63,710 nt of DNA, filler included, from Lama guanicoe (GCA_013239625.1; 205 parts of 205 records of this genome joined end to end with filler, not necessarily neighbours in it), one strand, 5' to 3'. Counted from the first letter of the whole stretch, positions 23,226 to 35,454 are shown. Notes: generated by a model not told the origin, from the sequence alone. Program-made: numbers and translations.

Positions 23226-25199
23226 NNNNNNNNNNNNNNNNNNNNNNNNNNNNNNNNNNNNNNNNNNNNTTAATTAATTAANNNNNNNNNNNNNNNNNNN
23301 NNNNNNNNNNNNNNNNNNNNNNNNNATCACATGGTAAACAAGCTGCCAGCACCCTGCTGACGTCTGTAAAGACTACTTTCCACAGAGCTACGAGCAGAGA
23401 AGCTATTCTGCAAATGCTTTCCAGTTTTATTTCAGTTATTATTTGCAAGTAATACAACGCCGACGAGTTTACTCTACAAAAAGCGAGAAATGCCAGCAAG
23501 AGAGACATCTCGTGAGAAAGGCTTGCTTCTGGCTCANNNNNNNNNNNNNNNNNNNNNNNNNNNNNNNNNNNNNNNNNNNNTTAATTAATTAANNNNNNNN
23601 NNNNNNNNNNNNNNNNNNNNNNNNNNNNNNNNNNNNGAGCATGGTAGTGGGGCCCGGAGGGAGGGCCAGAGGCAGGCAGCTAAGATAGTAGCTGGCGTGT
23701 ACGTGGAGGGTGTTCTCTGTGCCGGGCACTCTGAACACTTCGCATGTATTCAGTCCTACAGCAACTCTAGGAGACAGGGGCTATTCTTTCTTATTTTTAT
23801 TTTTTTATTGTGATAAAATGCACAAGACGTAAAAGTTGCTGACTAAANNNNNNNNNNNNNNNNNNNNNNNNNNNNNNNNNNNNNNNNNNNNTTAATTAAT
23901 TAANNNNNNNNNNNNNNNNNNNNNNNNNNNNNNNNNNNNNNNNNNNNTAATGCTCCTGTCACATTCATTATTAATACGAATGCAATGTGAGGTATTAAAG
24001 ATCAATATGATTTCTATCAGTTTCAGATTCTGTTTATGCTAAAACTCTTATGCAAATATGATAGTGTATTTGCATTCTGCACTTATGCATGATCATGAAG
24101 GAATCTTGTGCTTTGCCTTATATCACAGCTGGTATACTAAAAGTGTAAAAAGACACCCNNNNNNNNNNNNNNNNNNNNNNNNNNNNNNNNNNNNNNNNNN
24201 NNTTAATTAATTAANNNNNNNNNNNNNNNNNNNNNNNNNNNNNNNNNNNNNNNNNNNNTAGCTCCCACTTATGATGAGGTCAAGTTCAAATTCCATATCC
24301 TGCCTTTAAGGTCTTCTGTGATTAGGTAATCATACAAAGCAGATTATCTTGTCTGGGCTAGTTTAGTTTATGCCTCTTGCCTTGGCATAATTTTTTTTAA
24401 CAATACAGTAGTATTAGCTGTAGTCACCAAGCTGTACATTATATCCCCAGGACTTATTTATTTTATAACNNNNNNNNNNNNNNNNNNNNNNNNNNNNNNN
24501 NNNNNNNNNNNNNTTAATTAATTAANNNNNNNNNNNNNNNNNNNNNNNNNNNNNNNNNNNNNNNNNNNNCCGGCTGTGTGCTTGAAATAAGGCGTGACCA
24601 CCCGCACTGCTTCCTGCCCACGTCCTTTAAATTCTGCTCCGGTAACGATGCTCCCCCAGGAGCAATTCCTCCTTGGACACAGTTGGGCACGCGAGAGGTC
24701 GGGTCTTTAAAAGTTGTCAGCGCTCCCACCATGCAAATCTGCAGTGCCTCTGAATTCAGAACATCTGTTTATTGGCCAGANNNNNNNNNNNNNNNNNNNN
24801 NNNNNNNNNNNNNNNNNNNNNNNNTTAATTAATTAANNNNNNNNNNNNNNNNNNNNNNNNNNNNNNNNNNNNNNNNNNNNTACCGTGCTTTATAATAATT
24901 GAAAGCAGAATTCATTTATGTGATAAGTCGTTTACATTGTAAGGGAAAAACAGAAATCATCCTTAATGTGAGAAAAGTTATATGAAGTTTCATTGAGAAT
25001 CTAGTTATGGAATGTGCTGGTTTCAGGCTATGACAGCTCACATGCTGTGAAACTGCATCAGGGCACATCTTTGTTTTATTAACACAAGGCANNNNNNNNN
25101 NNNNNNNNNNNNNNNNNNNNNNNNNNNNNNNNNNNTTAATTAATTAANNNNNNNNNNNNNNNNNNNNNNNNNNNNNNNNNNNNNNNNNNNNGAATTTTA

Positions 25200-25402
25200 T
25201 TCCGCCCCAGTAGCTAACCTTGACTGAGTGCTTATGCGGCACCAGCCACCTTTGTAAGAAGTCCCCACAAAAGTGAGCTTATGATTGAGGAAACTCAAGC
25301 ACAGAGAGGTTGTGTAATTTCCTGGAGTCACACAGCTAGAATGTGCTAGAACATGGTAGAACCAGGAATTACACTCCTTCAGATACCAGAGCCTGAACTC
25401 GC
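25200..25402. mobile_element. MIR SINE fragment
   Basis: GAGGAAACTCAAGCACAGAGAGGTTGTGTAATTTCCTGGAGTCACACAGCTAG..AGAACCAGGAATT is the MIR core. Confidence 0.8.
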
Positions 25403-25502
25403 NNNNNNNNNNNNNNNNNNNNNNNNNNNNNNNNNNNNNNNNNNNNTTAATTAATTAANNNNNNNNNNNNNNNNNNNNNNNNNNNNNNNNNNNNNNNNNN
25501 NN

Positions 25503-25713
25503 TCCCTGTGCTATACAGTATAAACTTGTTTATCTATTTTATATATATCTGTCGGTATTTGCAAATCTCACACTCCCAGTTTATCCATTCCCACCCCCCT
25601 CTGCCCTGGAAACCACAAGTCTGTATTCTATGTCTGTGAGTCTGTTTGTTTTACATATAAGTTCATTTGTTTTTGTTTTTTAGATTCCACATATGAGCGA
25701 TCTCATATGGTAT
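25503..25713 (-). mobile_element. Relatively young LINE-1 3' UTR, antisense
   Basis: TCCCTGTGCTATACAGTATAAACTTGTTTATCTATTTTATATATA..TGTCTGTGAGTCTGTTT..TTAGATTCCACATATGAGCGATCTCATATGGTAT. Confidence 0.92.
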
Positions 25714-25813
25714 NNNNNNNNNNNNNNNNNNNNNNNNNNNNNNNNNNNNNNNNNNNNTTAATTAATTAANNNNNNNNNNNNNNNNNNNNNNNNNNNNNNN
25801 NNNNNNNNNNNNN

Positions 25814-26023
25814 TCTATCATGAGCCAGAGGCTCTGCGGCATTCTGACAGGGGCAGCCTGGACAGGGGGCTTCCTGCATTCCATGATACAAATTCTCTTC
25901 ACTTTCCAGCTGCCCTTCTGTGGCCCCAATGTCATTGATCACTTCATGTGTGACTTATACCCATTACTGGAGCTAGCCTGCACTGACACTCACATCTTTG
26001 GCCTTTTGGTGGTTGCCAACAGT
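25814..26023 (+). CDS. OR4C15: Olfactory receptor family 4 subfamily C fragment (TM4-ECL2-TM5), OR4C15-like; partial
   Basis: Open frame [70 protein letters not shown] with the OR motif [15 protein letters not shown]..PLL.LAC.DT. Very close to human OR4C15 as recalled; exact orthology is unverified. Confidence 0.92.
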
Positions 26024-26177
26024 GNNNNNNNNNNNNNNNNNNNNNNNNNNNNNNNNNNNNNNNNNNNNTTAATTAATTAANNNNNNNNNNNNNNNNNNNN
26101 NNNNNNNNNNNNNNNNNNNNNNNNGAGGACGGAAATCTAGAGAGATTAATAATCAAGAGCAGAAGGGCCAAAGAGGC

Positions 26178-26305
26178 GGGAAGGGTGTAGCCCAGTGGCA
26201 GAGTGTGTGCTTAGCATGCGTCAGGTCCTGAGTTCAATCCCCAGTATCTCTGTTATAAATAAATAAACAAACAAACCTAATTACCCCACACACACACCAA
26301 AAAAA
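26178..26305 (+). mobile_element. Full-length tRNA-Ala-derived SINE (Vic-1-like) with target-site duplication
   Basis: GGGAAGGGTGTAGCCCAGTGGCAGAG (A box)..CTTAGCATG (AGC anticodon)..GGTCCTGAGTTCAATCCCCAG (B box), then an (AAAT/AAAC) tail and an A-run. Flanked by AAGAGCAGAAGGGCCA (26155-26170) and AAGAACAGAAGGGCCA (26306-26321). Confidence 0.9.
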
Positions 26306-26754
26306 AAGAACAGAAGGGCCAGTGGGACCTCCTTANNNNNNNNNNNNNNNNNNNNNNNNNNNNNNNNNNNNNNNNNNNNTTAATTAATTAANNNNNNNNN
26401 NNNNNNNNNNNNNNNNNNNNNNNNNNNNNNNNNNNGAGTACTTACTGAACTCATACAGGATATACAGTTAAATAAAAAAAAGTTGAGCTGCAAATGAAGA
26501 TGTACAGTTGCTACAGGTTGCAGGGTCTGGGTCCTTCCAGATTCTTGTATGTGAGCAGAACAGTGAGGGCGACAGGCACATTCCAAAGAAAGCAAACCAG
26601 ACAGATAAAAAGTGCCTGGCTCCCTCGTGACATCATTAAACTTCTGNNNNNNNNNNNNNNNNNNNNNNNNNNNNNNNNNNNNNNNNNNNNTTAATTAATT
26701 AANNNNNNNNNNNNNNNNNNNNNNNNNNNNNNNNNNNNNNNNNNNNCAACCTCG

Positions 26755-26880
26755 TCTTGGGTATTAGCATCCCCTGGGAAGGTTTTAAAAGTCCTCGCCA
26801 AGCTGAACCCCATCCAACTACAGCTCCAGACCTCCGAGGGCGGGAGCCGGGTGAATGTATTTTTGACAGTTCCCTTTAGA
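26755..26880. mobile_element. MER5-like hAT DNA transposon fragment
   Basis: GCATCCCCTGGGAAGGTTTTAAAAG..CCCCATCC..GAATGTATTTTTGACAGTTCCC. Confidence 0.55.
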
Positions 26881-27057
26881 GCTTTTTCGAAACGTTTCCA
26901 GTCACTGCCCTTCATTTCCTGTCAGTCTTCCTCCCCTAAAGCAGTGGTACCCTACTGNNNNNNNNNNNNNNNNNNNNNNNNNNNNNNNNNNNNNNNNNNN
27001 NTTAATTAATTAANNNNNNNNNNNNNNNNNNNNNNNNNNNNNNNNNNNNNNNNNNNN

Positions 27058-27268
27058 TGCTTTCATATCAGGATGATAATAACCTCATAAAATAAATTAG
27101 TAAGTGTTCTCTCTTCTTACAGTTTTGAGAGAGTTTAACAAGGATAGTTATTAATCCTTCTTTGAATGTTTGGTAAAATTCACCTGTAAAGTCAATTGTC
27201 CCTGGACTTTTTTTGGGGAGTGGGGAGCATATTTTTTGATTACTGAATCAATATCTTTACTTTTTATT
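27058..27268 (-). mobile_element. Old LINE-1 ORF2 fragment, antisense; copy A of 27680-27890
   Basis: TATCAGGATGATAATAACCTCATAAAATAAATTAG..TCTTTGAATGTTTGGTAAAATTCACC.GTAAAG..GTCCCTGGACTTTTTTT; 4 substitutions versus copy B. Confidence 0.85.
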
Positions 27269-27679
27269 NNNNNNNNNNNNNNNNNNNNNNNNNNNNNNNN
27301 NNNNNNNNNNNNTTAATTAATTAANNNNNNNNNNNNNNNNNNNNNNNNNNNNNNNNNNNNNNNNNNNNGGTCCCATGGTGGACAAAGGAGAATGAAGAGG
27401 CAGAGATGGCCAGCCTGTGGGGGAGAGCGGAGAAAGCAGAGGAGGGCAGAGAACCCCAAGAGCACTGTTGGGGGGAACCTCTGAGAGGGTCACCTTAAAC
27501 ATTAAGTGAAATACTGAGAGTAACGATTATCTTGATAAATGGTAACTATTGTTCTTACTGTGGACTAATAAAGTACAGCNNNNNNNNNNNNNNNNNNNNN
27601 NNNNNNNNNNNNNNNNNNNNNNNTTAATTAATTAANNNNNNNNNNNNNNNNNNNNNNNNNNNNNNNNNNNNNNNNNNNN

Positions 27680-27890
27680 TGCTTTCATATCAGGATGATA
27701 ATAACCTCATAAAATAAATTAGTAAGTGCTCTCTCTTCTTACAGTTTTGAGAGAGTTTAACAAGGATAGTTATTAACCCTTCTTTGAATGTTTGGTAAAA
27801 TTCACTTGTAAAGTCAATTGTCCCTGGACTTTTTTTGGGGGGTGGGGAGCATATTTTTTGATTACTGAATCAATATCTTTACTTTTTATT
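27680..27890 (-). mobile_element. Old LINE-1 ORF2 fragment, antisense; copy B of 27058-27268
   Basis: 207/211 identical to 27058-27268, with identical ends. Confidence 0.85.
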
Positions 27891-28923
27891 NNNNNNNNNN
27901 NNNNNNNNNNNNNNNNNNNNNNNNNNNNNNNNNNTTAATTAATTAANNNNNNNNNNNNNNNNNNNNNNNNNNNNNNNNNNNNNNNNNNNNGGCGGGTCGT
28001 GCCCCCTCCCAGCACCTCGATCAGGGGCTGTGTTCCTGCTCGAAAGGCGGGGGCCGCTCTTCCTCTCCCTGCACCGCCGGTAGCTCCACTGCTCTGTGCG
28101 ACTGCGTGCTCCGCCCTGGTCGGCGCTCCGTGGGTGGGCTCGCGGAAGACCAAGGGACAGCCTTGTCCCTGCTCGGAGCCAAAACCCAGCTCCTTGTTTG
28201 TNNNNNNNNNNNNNNNNNNNNNNNNNNNNNNNNNNNNNNNNNNNNTTAATTAATTAANNNNNNNNNNNNNNNNNNNNNNNNNNNNNNNNNNNNNNNNNNN
28301 NAAGAACTCGCTCCGTGTGGGACAGTTATGCAGCTGAGTGTCCCAGGCAGCTTTGCTGTGGCACCAGGTGAGGCACTGATTGCTGCCCATCAGGGTATGT
28401 TATGCTTGCATATTTGAACATCCTGAAATGATTTGCCTAGCTCAAAAGCAACAGAACTGTCACCACCTGTCCTCTTTTCTCCTTGCCCTTTCCCCATCAT
28501 AGGCTACACTTANNNNNNNNNNNNNNNNNNNNNNNNNNNNNNNNNNNNNNNNNNNNTTAATTAATTAANNNNNNNNNNNNNNNNNNNNNNNNNNNNNNNN
28601 NNNNNNNNNNNNGAAGCTTAAAAGTTAAGAACGAAAACCCTGTAGAGACCTAAGAAAAGAAGAAATAGGAGATATTGTCATCCTAGCTCTACAGATTTGT
28701 TACCTATGTGACTTGTGCTGGGTAAGATGCGGGTAATCATGACAACTACCTCCAAGGACTGTAGAAGAAATTATACAGTACAATTAAAGTCATCAGAGCA
28801 ATGTCTGACACATGGTAATTTTTNNNNNNNNNNNNNNNNNNNNNNNNNNNNNNNNNNNNNNNNNNNNTTAATTAATTAANNNNNNNNNNNNNNNNNNNNN
28901 NNNNNNNNNNNNNNNNNNNNNNN

Positions 28924-28978
28924 ATAGTTGGTTGAATCTGTGGATGTGGAACCTGGACATAAGAAGGGCTGATTGTAT
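28924..28978. mobile_element. MER2/Tigger-like DNA transposon terminus
   Basis: GTTGGTTGAATCTGTGGATGTGGAACCT..AGGGCTGATTGTA, ending in TA. Confidence 0.65.
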
Positions 28979-30478
28979 ATAGATTTATTATTTTTTAATG
29001 TGTCCCAGCTTTAGAGAATGGTTGCTCATCAGCCTTAGTCTTCACTGACTGCTGGATCTCCACAGAGTAGGGGGCCGCCAATGTGCCCTGGCAGTCAAGT
29101 ATTTTGTCATTGAGTCAGCCATCCGACTACCTGTNNNNNNNNNNNNNNNNNNNNNNNNNNNNNNNNNNNNNNNNNNNNTTAATTAATTAANNNNNNNNNN
29201 NNNNNNNNNNNNNNNNNNNNNNNNNNNNNNNNNNTCTGCTCTGTGCTGTTCTCCAGGCTGCGTGCTCCCCTCCATCCTGACCTTATTTGAGAGGTGAGGA
29301 ACCTGCCTGAAGTCCCAAATGGATGAACTGACATTGGATCCTGGACGAGCACGTGACATAATCCCCTCTGTAATGGGCAGGAATCACAGCCTCAGAAAAG
29401 AAAATACATAACAGAAGCTCGGGAAATTCCTTAATGAGAACCAAGNNNNNNNNNNNNNNNNNNNNNNNNNNNNNNNNNNNNNNNNNNNNTTAATTAATTA
29501 ANNNNNNNNNNNNNNNNNNNNNNNNNNNNNNNNNNNNNNNNNNNNCAGGTCCAGAGAACCAGCCTCTCGGGCTGGCAGCCCAGGAGGCGGGCAGCTGCTG
29601 GGCTCAATCAGAACCTGCAGTACAGCAACACAGTCCCCCGGCCTCGGCCTCTACCCTATCCAGTGTCCCCTGTCTCCCTAGGCCCTGGTGACCGGAATCA
29701 GGGGAGCACGCACGGACTCCTGACCTCCAGCACATGGACAGGAAGCTTCTCCTTGCNNNNNNNNNNNNNNNNNNNNNNNNNNNNNNNNNNNNNNNNNNNN
29801 TTAATTAATTAANNNNNNNNNNNNNNNNNNNNNNNNNNNNNNNNNNNNNNNNNNNNAAAAATAAAAAGAAAGTACTTAAAAGTAAAATAGCAAAAATCTG
29901 AGTAGAAATTGCTTTTATCATAAAGAAAATACATAAAAGATAAGTGCACCAAAAAAATACTAAAGCTCATAGATAATTCTTTCAGTATATTCTTAAAGAG
30001 CTGCTATGGTGATACAATGAGCTACTATATGCACGTCCTTAGGACAGTGACCGGTCTATTAAAGCTGNNNNNNNNNNNNNNNNNNNNNNNNNNNNNNNNN
30101 NNNNNNNNNNNTTAATTAATTAANNNNNNNNNNNNNNNNNNNNNNNNNNNNNNNNNNNNNNNNNNNNAAGTTCATATATGAAAACTCTATATCTAATTGT
30201 TATTTGCATATGCCTTCGTATCAGGCAATAACTCTTTTCTGAGTCTATAACTACCCTTCTGATTGGACCACAATTGGACATGCTCTGCATGCGGACAGAA
30301 CAACTGTGGGAAACCACATTATATATATATATAATGGTTACTTTCTAAATTATATTTAGAAAGTAAGTGAAAAAAAGTNNNNNNNNNNNNNNNNNNNNNN
30401 NNNNNNNNNNNNNNNNNNNNNNTTAATTAATTAANNNNNNNNNNNNNNNNNNNNNNNNNNNNNNNNNNNNNNNNNNNN

Positions 30479-30689
30479 ATGGCTGAATAATATTCCACTG
30501 TGTATATGTGTATAGATATAGATATGTAATATTTCACTTTTCCATCAGTAAATTAATGAGCATTTGGGCTGCTCCATTTTTTGGCAATTATGAATAATAG
30601 TACTATATATACTCATGTATAAGATTTTTGTATGAATGTTGGTTTTCATTTCTCTTGAGTATATATACCTAGGAATGAAATTGCCGTAG
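30479..30689 (-). mobile_element. Old LINE-1 ORF2 3' fragment, antisense
   Basis: ATGGCTGAATAATATTCCACTGTGTAT..GCATTTGGGCTGCTCCA.TTTTTGGCAATTATGAATAA..TTTCATTTCTCTTGAGTATATATACCTAGGAATG. Confidence 0.85.
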
Positions 30690-30789
30690 NNNNNNNNNNN
30701 NNNNNNNNNNNNNNNNNNNNNNNNNNNNNNNNNTTAATTAATTAANNNNNNNNNNNNNNNNNNNNNNNNNNNNNNNNNNNNNNNNNNNN

Positions 30790-31000
30790 CAGACTACATA
30801 TATTCTGCACAGCAAAAGAAAAAATCAAAATGAAATGTCAATCTATGGAATGGGAGAAAATATTTGCAAATCATATATATCTCTGATAAGGGGTTGATAA
30901 CAAAAATATACACATTACCCATAAAACTCAGTAGCAGAAAAGCAAACAATCTGATTAAAAGTTGAGCAGAGGAACTGAACATTTTTTTCCCAAAGAGACA
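30790..31000 (+). mobile_element. LINE-1 ORF2 fragment
   Basis: TTCTGCACAGCAAAAGAAA..GAATGGGAGAAAATATTTGCAAATCATATATATCTCTGATAAGGGGTT. Confidence 0.9.
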
Positions 31001-31722
31001 NNNNNNNNNNNNNNNNNNNNNNNNNNNNNNNNNNNNNNNNNNNNTTAATTAATTAANNNNNNNNNNNNNNNNNNNNNNNNNNNNNNNNNNNNNNNNNNNN
31101 CTGGTCAGGAAAGTTTCGGAACCTCTGGAAGCCTCCAACCCCTTTCCACGAAAGAAATCAATCGTCAATCACAGAGAACTAAAGTCAAACAAATTTCTCC
31201 CAGACTAAATCCTTCTCCACGCTGTGCTCGCCAGAGCTGGAAGAGCACGCCTGAACTGTCACACGTATCAGTCTCTTTTCAAAGCACTTATCTATTTCCT
31301 CAGCTTCACTGNNNNNNNNNNNNNNNNNNNNNNNNNNNNNNNNNNNNNNNNNNNNTTAATTAATTAANNNNNNNNNNNNNNNNNNNNNNNNNNNNNNNNN
31401 NNNNNNNNNNNGGGCTTTACTTCCAGCTCTGGCATGTAAAGACCAGGATAACCGGACAAACAGGCAGACTGCAGAGTGCGTTACACTCAGCAACATTCAG
31501 AAACTGGAGGCAGCGTGAAGTCGTGTCAGTGACACTGCCGTCTGCCACTCACCACATCGTCTACCTCCTAACTGACAGAAAGGAACCCACATCCAGCAAA
31601 ACCCATGACTGTGAAACCAGAANNNNNNNNNNNNNNNNNNNNNNNNNNNNNNNNNNNNNNNNNNNNTTAATTAATTAANNNNNNNNNNNNNNNNNNNNNN
31701 NNNNNNNNNNNNNNNNNNNNNN

Positions 31723-31933
31723 TTCCTTCCTCTGTGGATGGGCATTTAGGAGGTTTCTACATCTGGGCTGTTTTGAATCCTGCTGCTGTGAGCATGGGCT
31801 GCAGATACCTCTTCCAGATCCTGATTGTAATTCTTTGGAAAATGTACCCACAAGTAGGATTCCTGGACCATATGGTGATTTTATTTTTAATTTTTAAGGA
31901 ACCCCCATTCTGTTTTTTATAGTAGTTTTATCA
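31723..31933 (-). mobile_element. LINE-1 ORF2 3' fragment, antisense
   Basis: GATGGGCATTTAGG..TGCTGCTGTGAGCATGGG.TGCAGATACCTCTTC..GGATTCCTGGACCATATGGT. Confidence 0.82.
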
Positions 31934-34521
31934 NNNNNNNNNNNNNNNNNNNNNNNNNNNNNNNNNNNNNNNNNNNNTTAATTAATTAANNNNNNNNNNN
32001 NNNNNNNNNNNNNNNNNNNNNNNNNNNNNNNNNGGGACAACTAAGGTTACCCAATTCTGGGACATTTCCTCTTCAGTGCTTACGAAGTGACGATTTAACG
32101 TCTGTTTCCTCAGATGCACTGGGAGCTCCAGAGGGCAGAATCTGTGCCTGACTTTCTCACCACTGCGGCTCAGCACTTAGCACGGAGCCTGCACACAGTA
32201 GCTGCTCAGTAAATACGTGCTGAATGAAGAAGAGTGGTAACATCNNNNNNNNNNNNNNNNNNNNNNNNNNNNNNNNNNNNNNNNNNNNTTAATTAATTAA
32301 NNNNNNNNNNNNNNNNNNNNNNNNNNNNNNNNNNNNNNNNNNNNCCTAAGGAATCTCCCACTGGCCCCCTGAAGTTCTGCAATCTCCCATGTAGAAGGCG
32401 TTGGACACCCAGGCATCTTGAGGAGAAACCATCCAAATTTTTCCAAATTGCTTCTCTAGGCGAGATGCTTACCATGTTGGGGAAGCCAGCGCAATGCCAC
32501 GCCTTCGGGCAATCAGAGAGGTCATTTTCTTCTTCCTCTTCCCGGTTCTCCTGGCNNNNNNNNNNNNNNNNNNNNNNNNNNNNNNNNNNNNNNNNNNNNT
32601 TAATTAATTAANNNNNNNNNNNNNNNNNNNNNNNNNNNNNNNNNNNNNNNNNNNNCTTGAAATGTTGGATGAGACATCGTATGGGCTGTCTGTAATCCAA
32701 ATCCACCAGGGTGCAGCTCCAAATATTGCCACAGGAGGCTGGAATGTAAACACACGTAGTTGAAGAATCTATCACTTTTCCTCAGAGGAACAGCATATTC
32801 ACAATCACTTTGTCTGTCAAGTCCTAATTACTTAATGTGGCATGAACTTGAAAACAGGGGTCAGCTNNNNNNNNNNNNNNNNNNNNNNNNNNNNNNNNNN
32901 NNNNNNNNNNTTAATTAATTAANNNNNNNNNNNNNNNNNNNNNNNNNNNNNNNNNNNNNNNNNNNNTCAGAGGTTACCAACCCCATTTCAGAGCTTTAAA
33001 CGAACCGTTAAATACCGGGAAAAATCCACGGCCTTTTTGAAATACCTGCCCCCATGGTTGGTGAAAAAAGCCTTGTAACACACTTAAAGACATTTCGACA
33101 AGACTAACCAAAAAAAAAGCCTCACATCGTAAACTACGAACTTATCCTATGGGCAACAACGTTTCTTTCTTTTTTCANNNNNNNNNNNNNNNNNNNNNNN
33201 NNNNNNNNNNNNNNNNNNNNNTTAATTAATTAANNNNNNNNNNNNNNNNNNNNNNNNNNNNNNNNNNNNNNNNNNNNGGTCACACCGCTGGCCAGGAGCA
33301 GTCCCAGGATTTGAATGCAGGCACTCCTGCTCCAGAGGTCACTGTCTTACCCACTATGCTGCCCTTCTAGTTGATAAAAAATTCTATGGATCATCTGCTA
33401 ACGACCCAGAACAAGGGGGAGCCAAAGAATTCTGGGAGCCAGCCTCGGCCCTCGGTGAACAGCCCTGGCTGGAGCCCAGGGCGAGCGTNNNNNNNNNNNN
33501 NNNNNNNNNNNNNNNNNNNNNNNNNNNNNNNNTTAATTAATTAANNNNNNNNNNNNNNNNNNNNNNNNNNNNNNNNNNNNNNNNNNNNGAAAACAGTGTT
33601 AGGTAAGAAACCTCCATGAGGACCAAACAGTGATTACAGAGATAATGTTGGCAAGCAAAGACAAAGGGGACCCAGGAAGGACATGAGATGGGAGATGAAA
33701 CTAAAGAAGCTCAATTCCTCCTTCTATTACCCAGGGCCATGGGGGTACAGCAGGATACTACATAAAGCCCCCATGGGTATAAATTTAAACTAAACCTTCN
33801 NNNNNNNNNNNNNNNNNNNNNNNNNNNNNNNNNNNNNNNNNNNTTAATTAATTAANNNNNNNNNNNNNNNNNNNNNNNNNNNNNNNNNNNNNNNNNNNNG
33901 AAAAGGGAGGGAACAATCCAGAAGATAACCATACACCTGCCCTCAGAAAAAGGGGCTTCGAAGAGCTTTACTCTGTGTAAATGAGGGCCAGCAAAGAAAC
34001 CAAACAAAAACCGAACGGCTGCAACAGCACGGTACAGAGAAGGGCCCGACCTGACTCGACACAGGGCTCATTATAATGTAATTAGCTTTGCGGTTTAAGC
34101 ACCTCTGCCANNNNNNNNNNNNNNNNNNNNNNNNNNNNNNNNNNNNNNNNNNNNTTAATTAATTAANNNNNNNNNNNNNNNNNNNNNNNNNNNNNNNNNN
34201 NNNNNNNNNNTGGAGCAGCCAAGCTGTCCAAACGCACCTTGACACGTTCCCGTTTCAAGCGGAATCCAGTCTCGGTTTTCAGAACTGGGTTTACACCCGG
34301 TGCAGTGAATCGAGGACGAAAGCCCCACCCTGCTGGTTGCTGAGCTGCATCTCCGGGTGCTGATGGGCCACGGGGTGAACGTCAAGGACGCTGGAGTCCC
34401 CTGTGGCTTTCGGTGATTGTGNNNNNNNNNNNNNNNNNNNNNNNNNNNNNNNNNNNNNNNNNNNNTTAATTAATTAANNNNNNNNNNNNNNNNNNNNNNN
34501 NNNNNNNNNNNNNNNNNNNNN

Positions 34522-34732
34522 GAATATAGAGTACGGAAAGCAGAATATGGCATGTAGAACACAGAATTTAAAATATAGTATACAGAATACTGAACGGAAT
34601 GCCGAAAATTCTATTTAAAGTATAGAATGAAGATCACAGAAAATAGAATATAGAATAGAGTATATAGAAGCCAGAATTTTCAACATTGAATGCAGAAAAC
34701 AGAATTTAGAATATAGAATACAGAATACTGAA
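34522..34732. repeat. Degenerate 7-bp (ATAGAAT)n-type tandem repeat with a higher-order 34-bp duplication
   Basis: Recurrent AGAAT units; ACAGAATTTAAAATATAGTATACAGAATACTGAA (~34561) recurs as ACAGAATTTAGAATATAGAATACAGAATACTGAA (~34699). Confidence 0.85.
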
Positions 34733-35454
34733 NNNNNNNNNNNNNNNNNNNNNNNNNNNNNNNNNNNNNNNNNNNNTTAATTAATTAANNNNNNNNNNNN
34801 NNNNNNNNNNNNNNNNNNNNNNNNNNNNNNNNTGGCATATTTATTAATGGTCTAAAGCAGTAAGTTCAGTTTAGTGAAACAAAATGGGAAATAGTACTGT
34901 CAGGACTTTTAAAAACTTGAAGTAGATAACTTTCCCTCTTCAGTTATAGGAGGTATGTGGAATTGTTTCCAAATGACCTTTATCTACTTTATCTCAAAAA
35001 GTAGTTTCCAAAAAAATTCTCCTCAAAGTATATTTAACAAGCTNNNNNNNNNNNNNNNNNNNNNNNNNNNNNNNNNNNNNNNNNNNNTTAATTAATTAAN
35101 NNNNNNNNNNNNNNNNNNNNNNNNNNNNNNNNNNNNNNNNNNNGACATCGAAAGGTAGCGCCAGAGGCTGATCCAAGATAGGTGAGCCCTAGGGTGCCGA
35201 GACCACACGTATGTGGTGTGGAGGTGAATTGAGTTCTGAAATGTATGCAGCCAGAAGTTAAGCTGAGCAAAAGACTTCTAAATTTTATGTGTTTAACCCC
35301 ACAGTCCAAATTTGATAAAAACCTTAAAAAGGTATATGGCATTACCAAGAATAANNNNNNNNNNNNNNNNNNNNNNNNNNNNNNNNNNNNNNNNNNNNTT
35401 AATTAATTAANNNNNNNNNNNNNNNNNNNNNNNNNNNNNNNNNNNNNNNNNNNN

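Noticed and set aside
26178..26255. tRNA-Ala(AGC) gene
   Set aside because: The acceptor and other stems are degenerate, and the element has an A-rich tail, a TSD and several diverged copies in the window, so it is a SINE.
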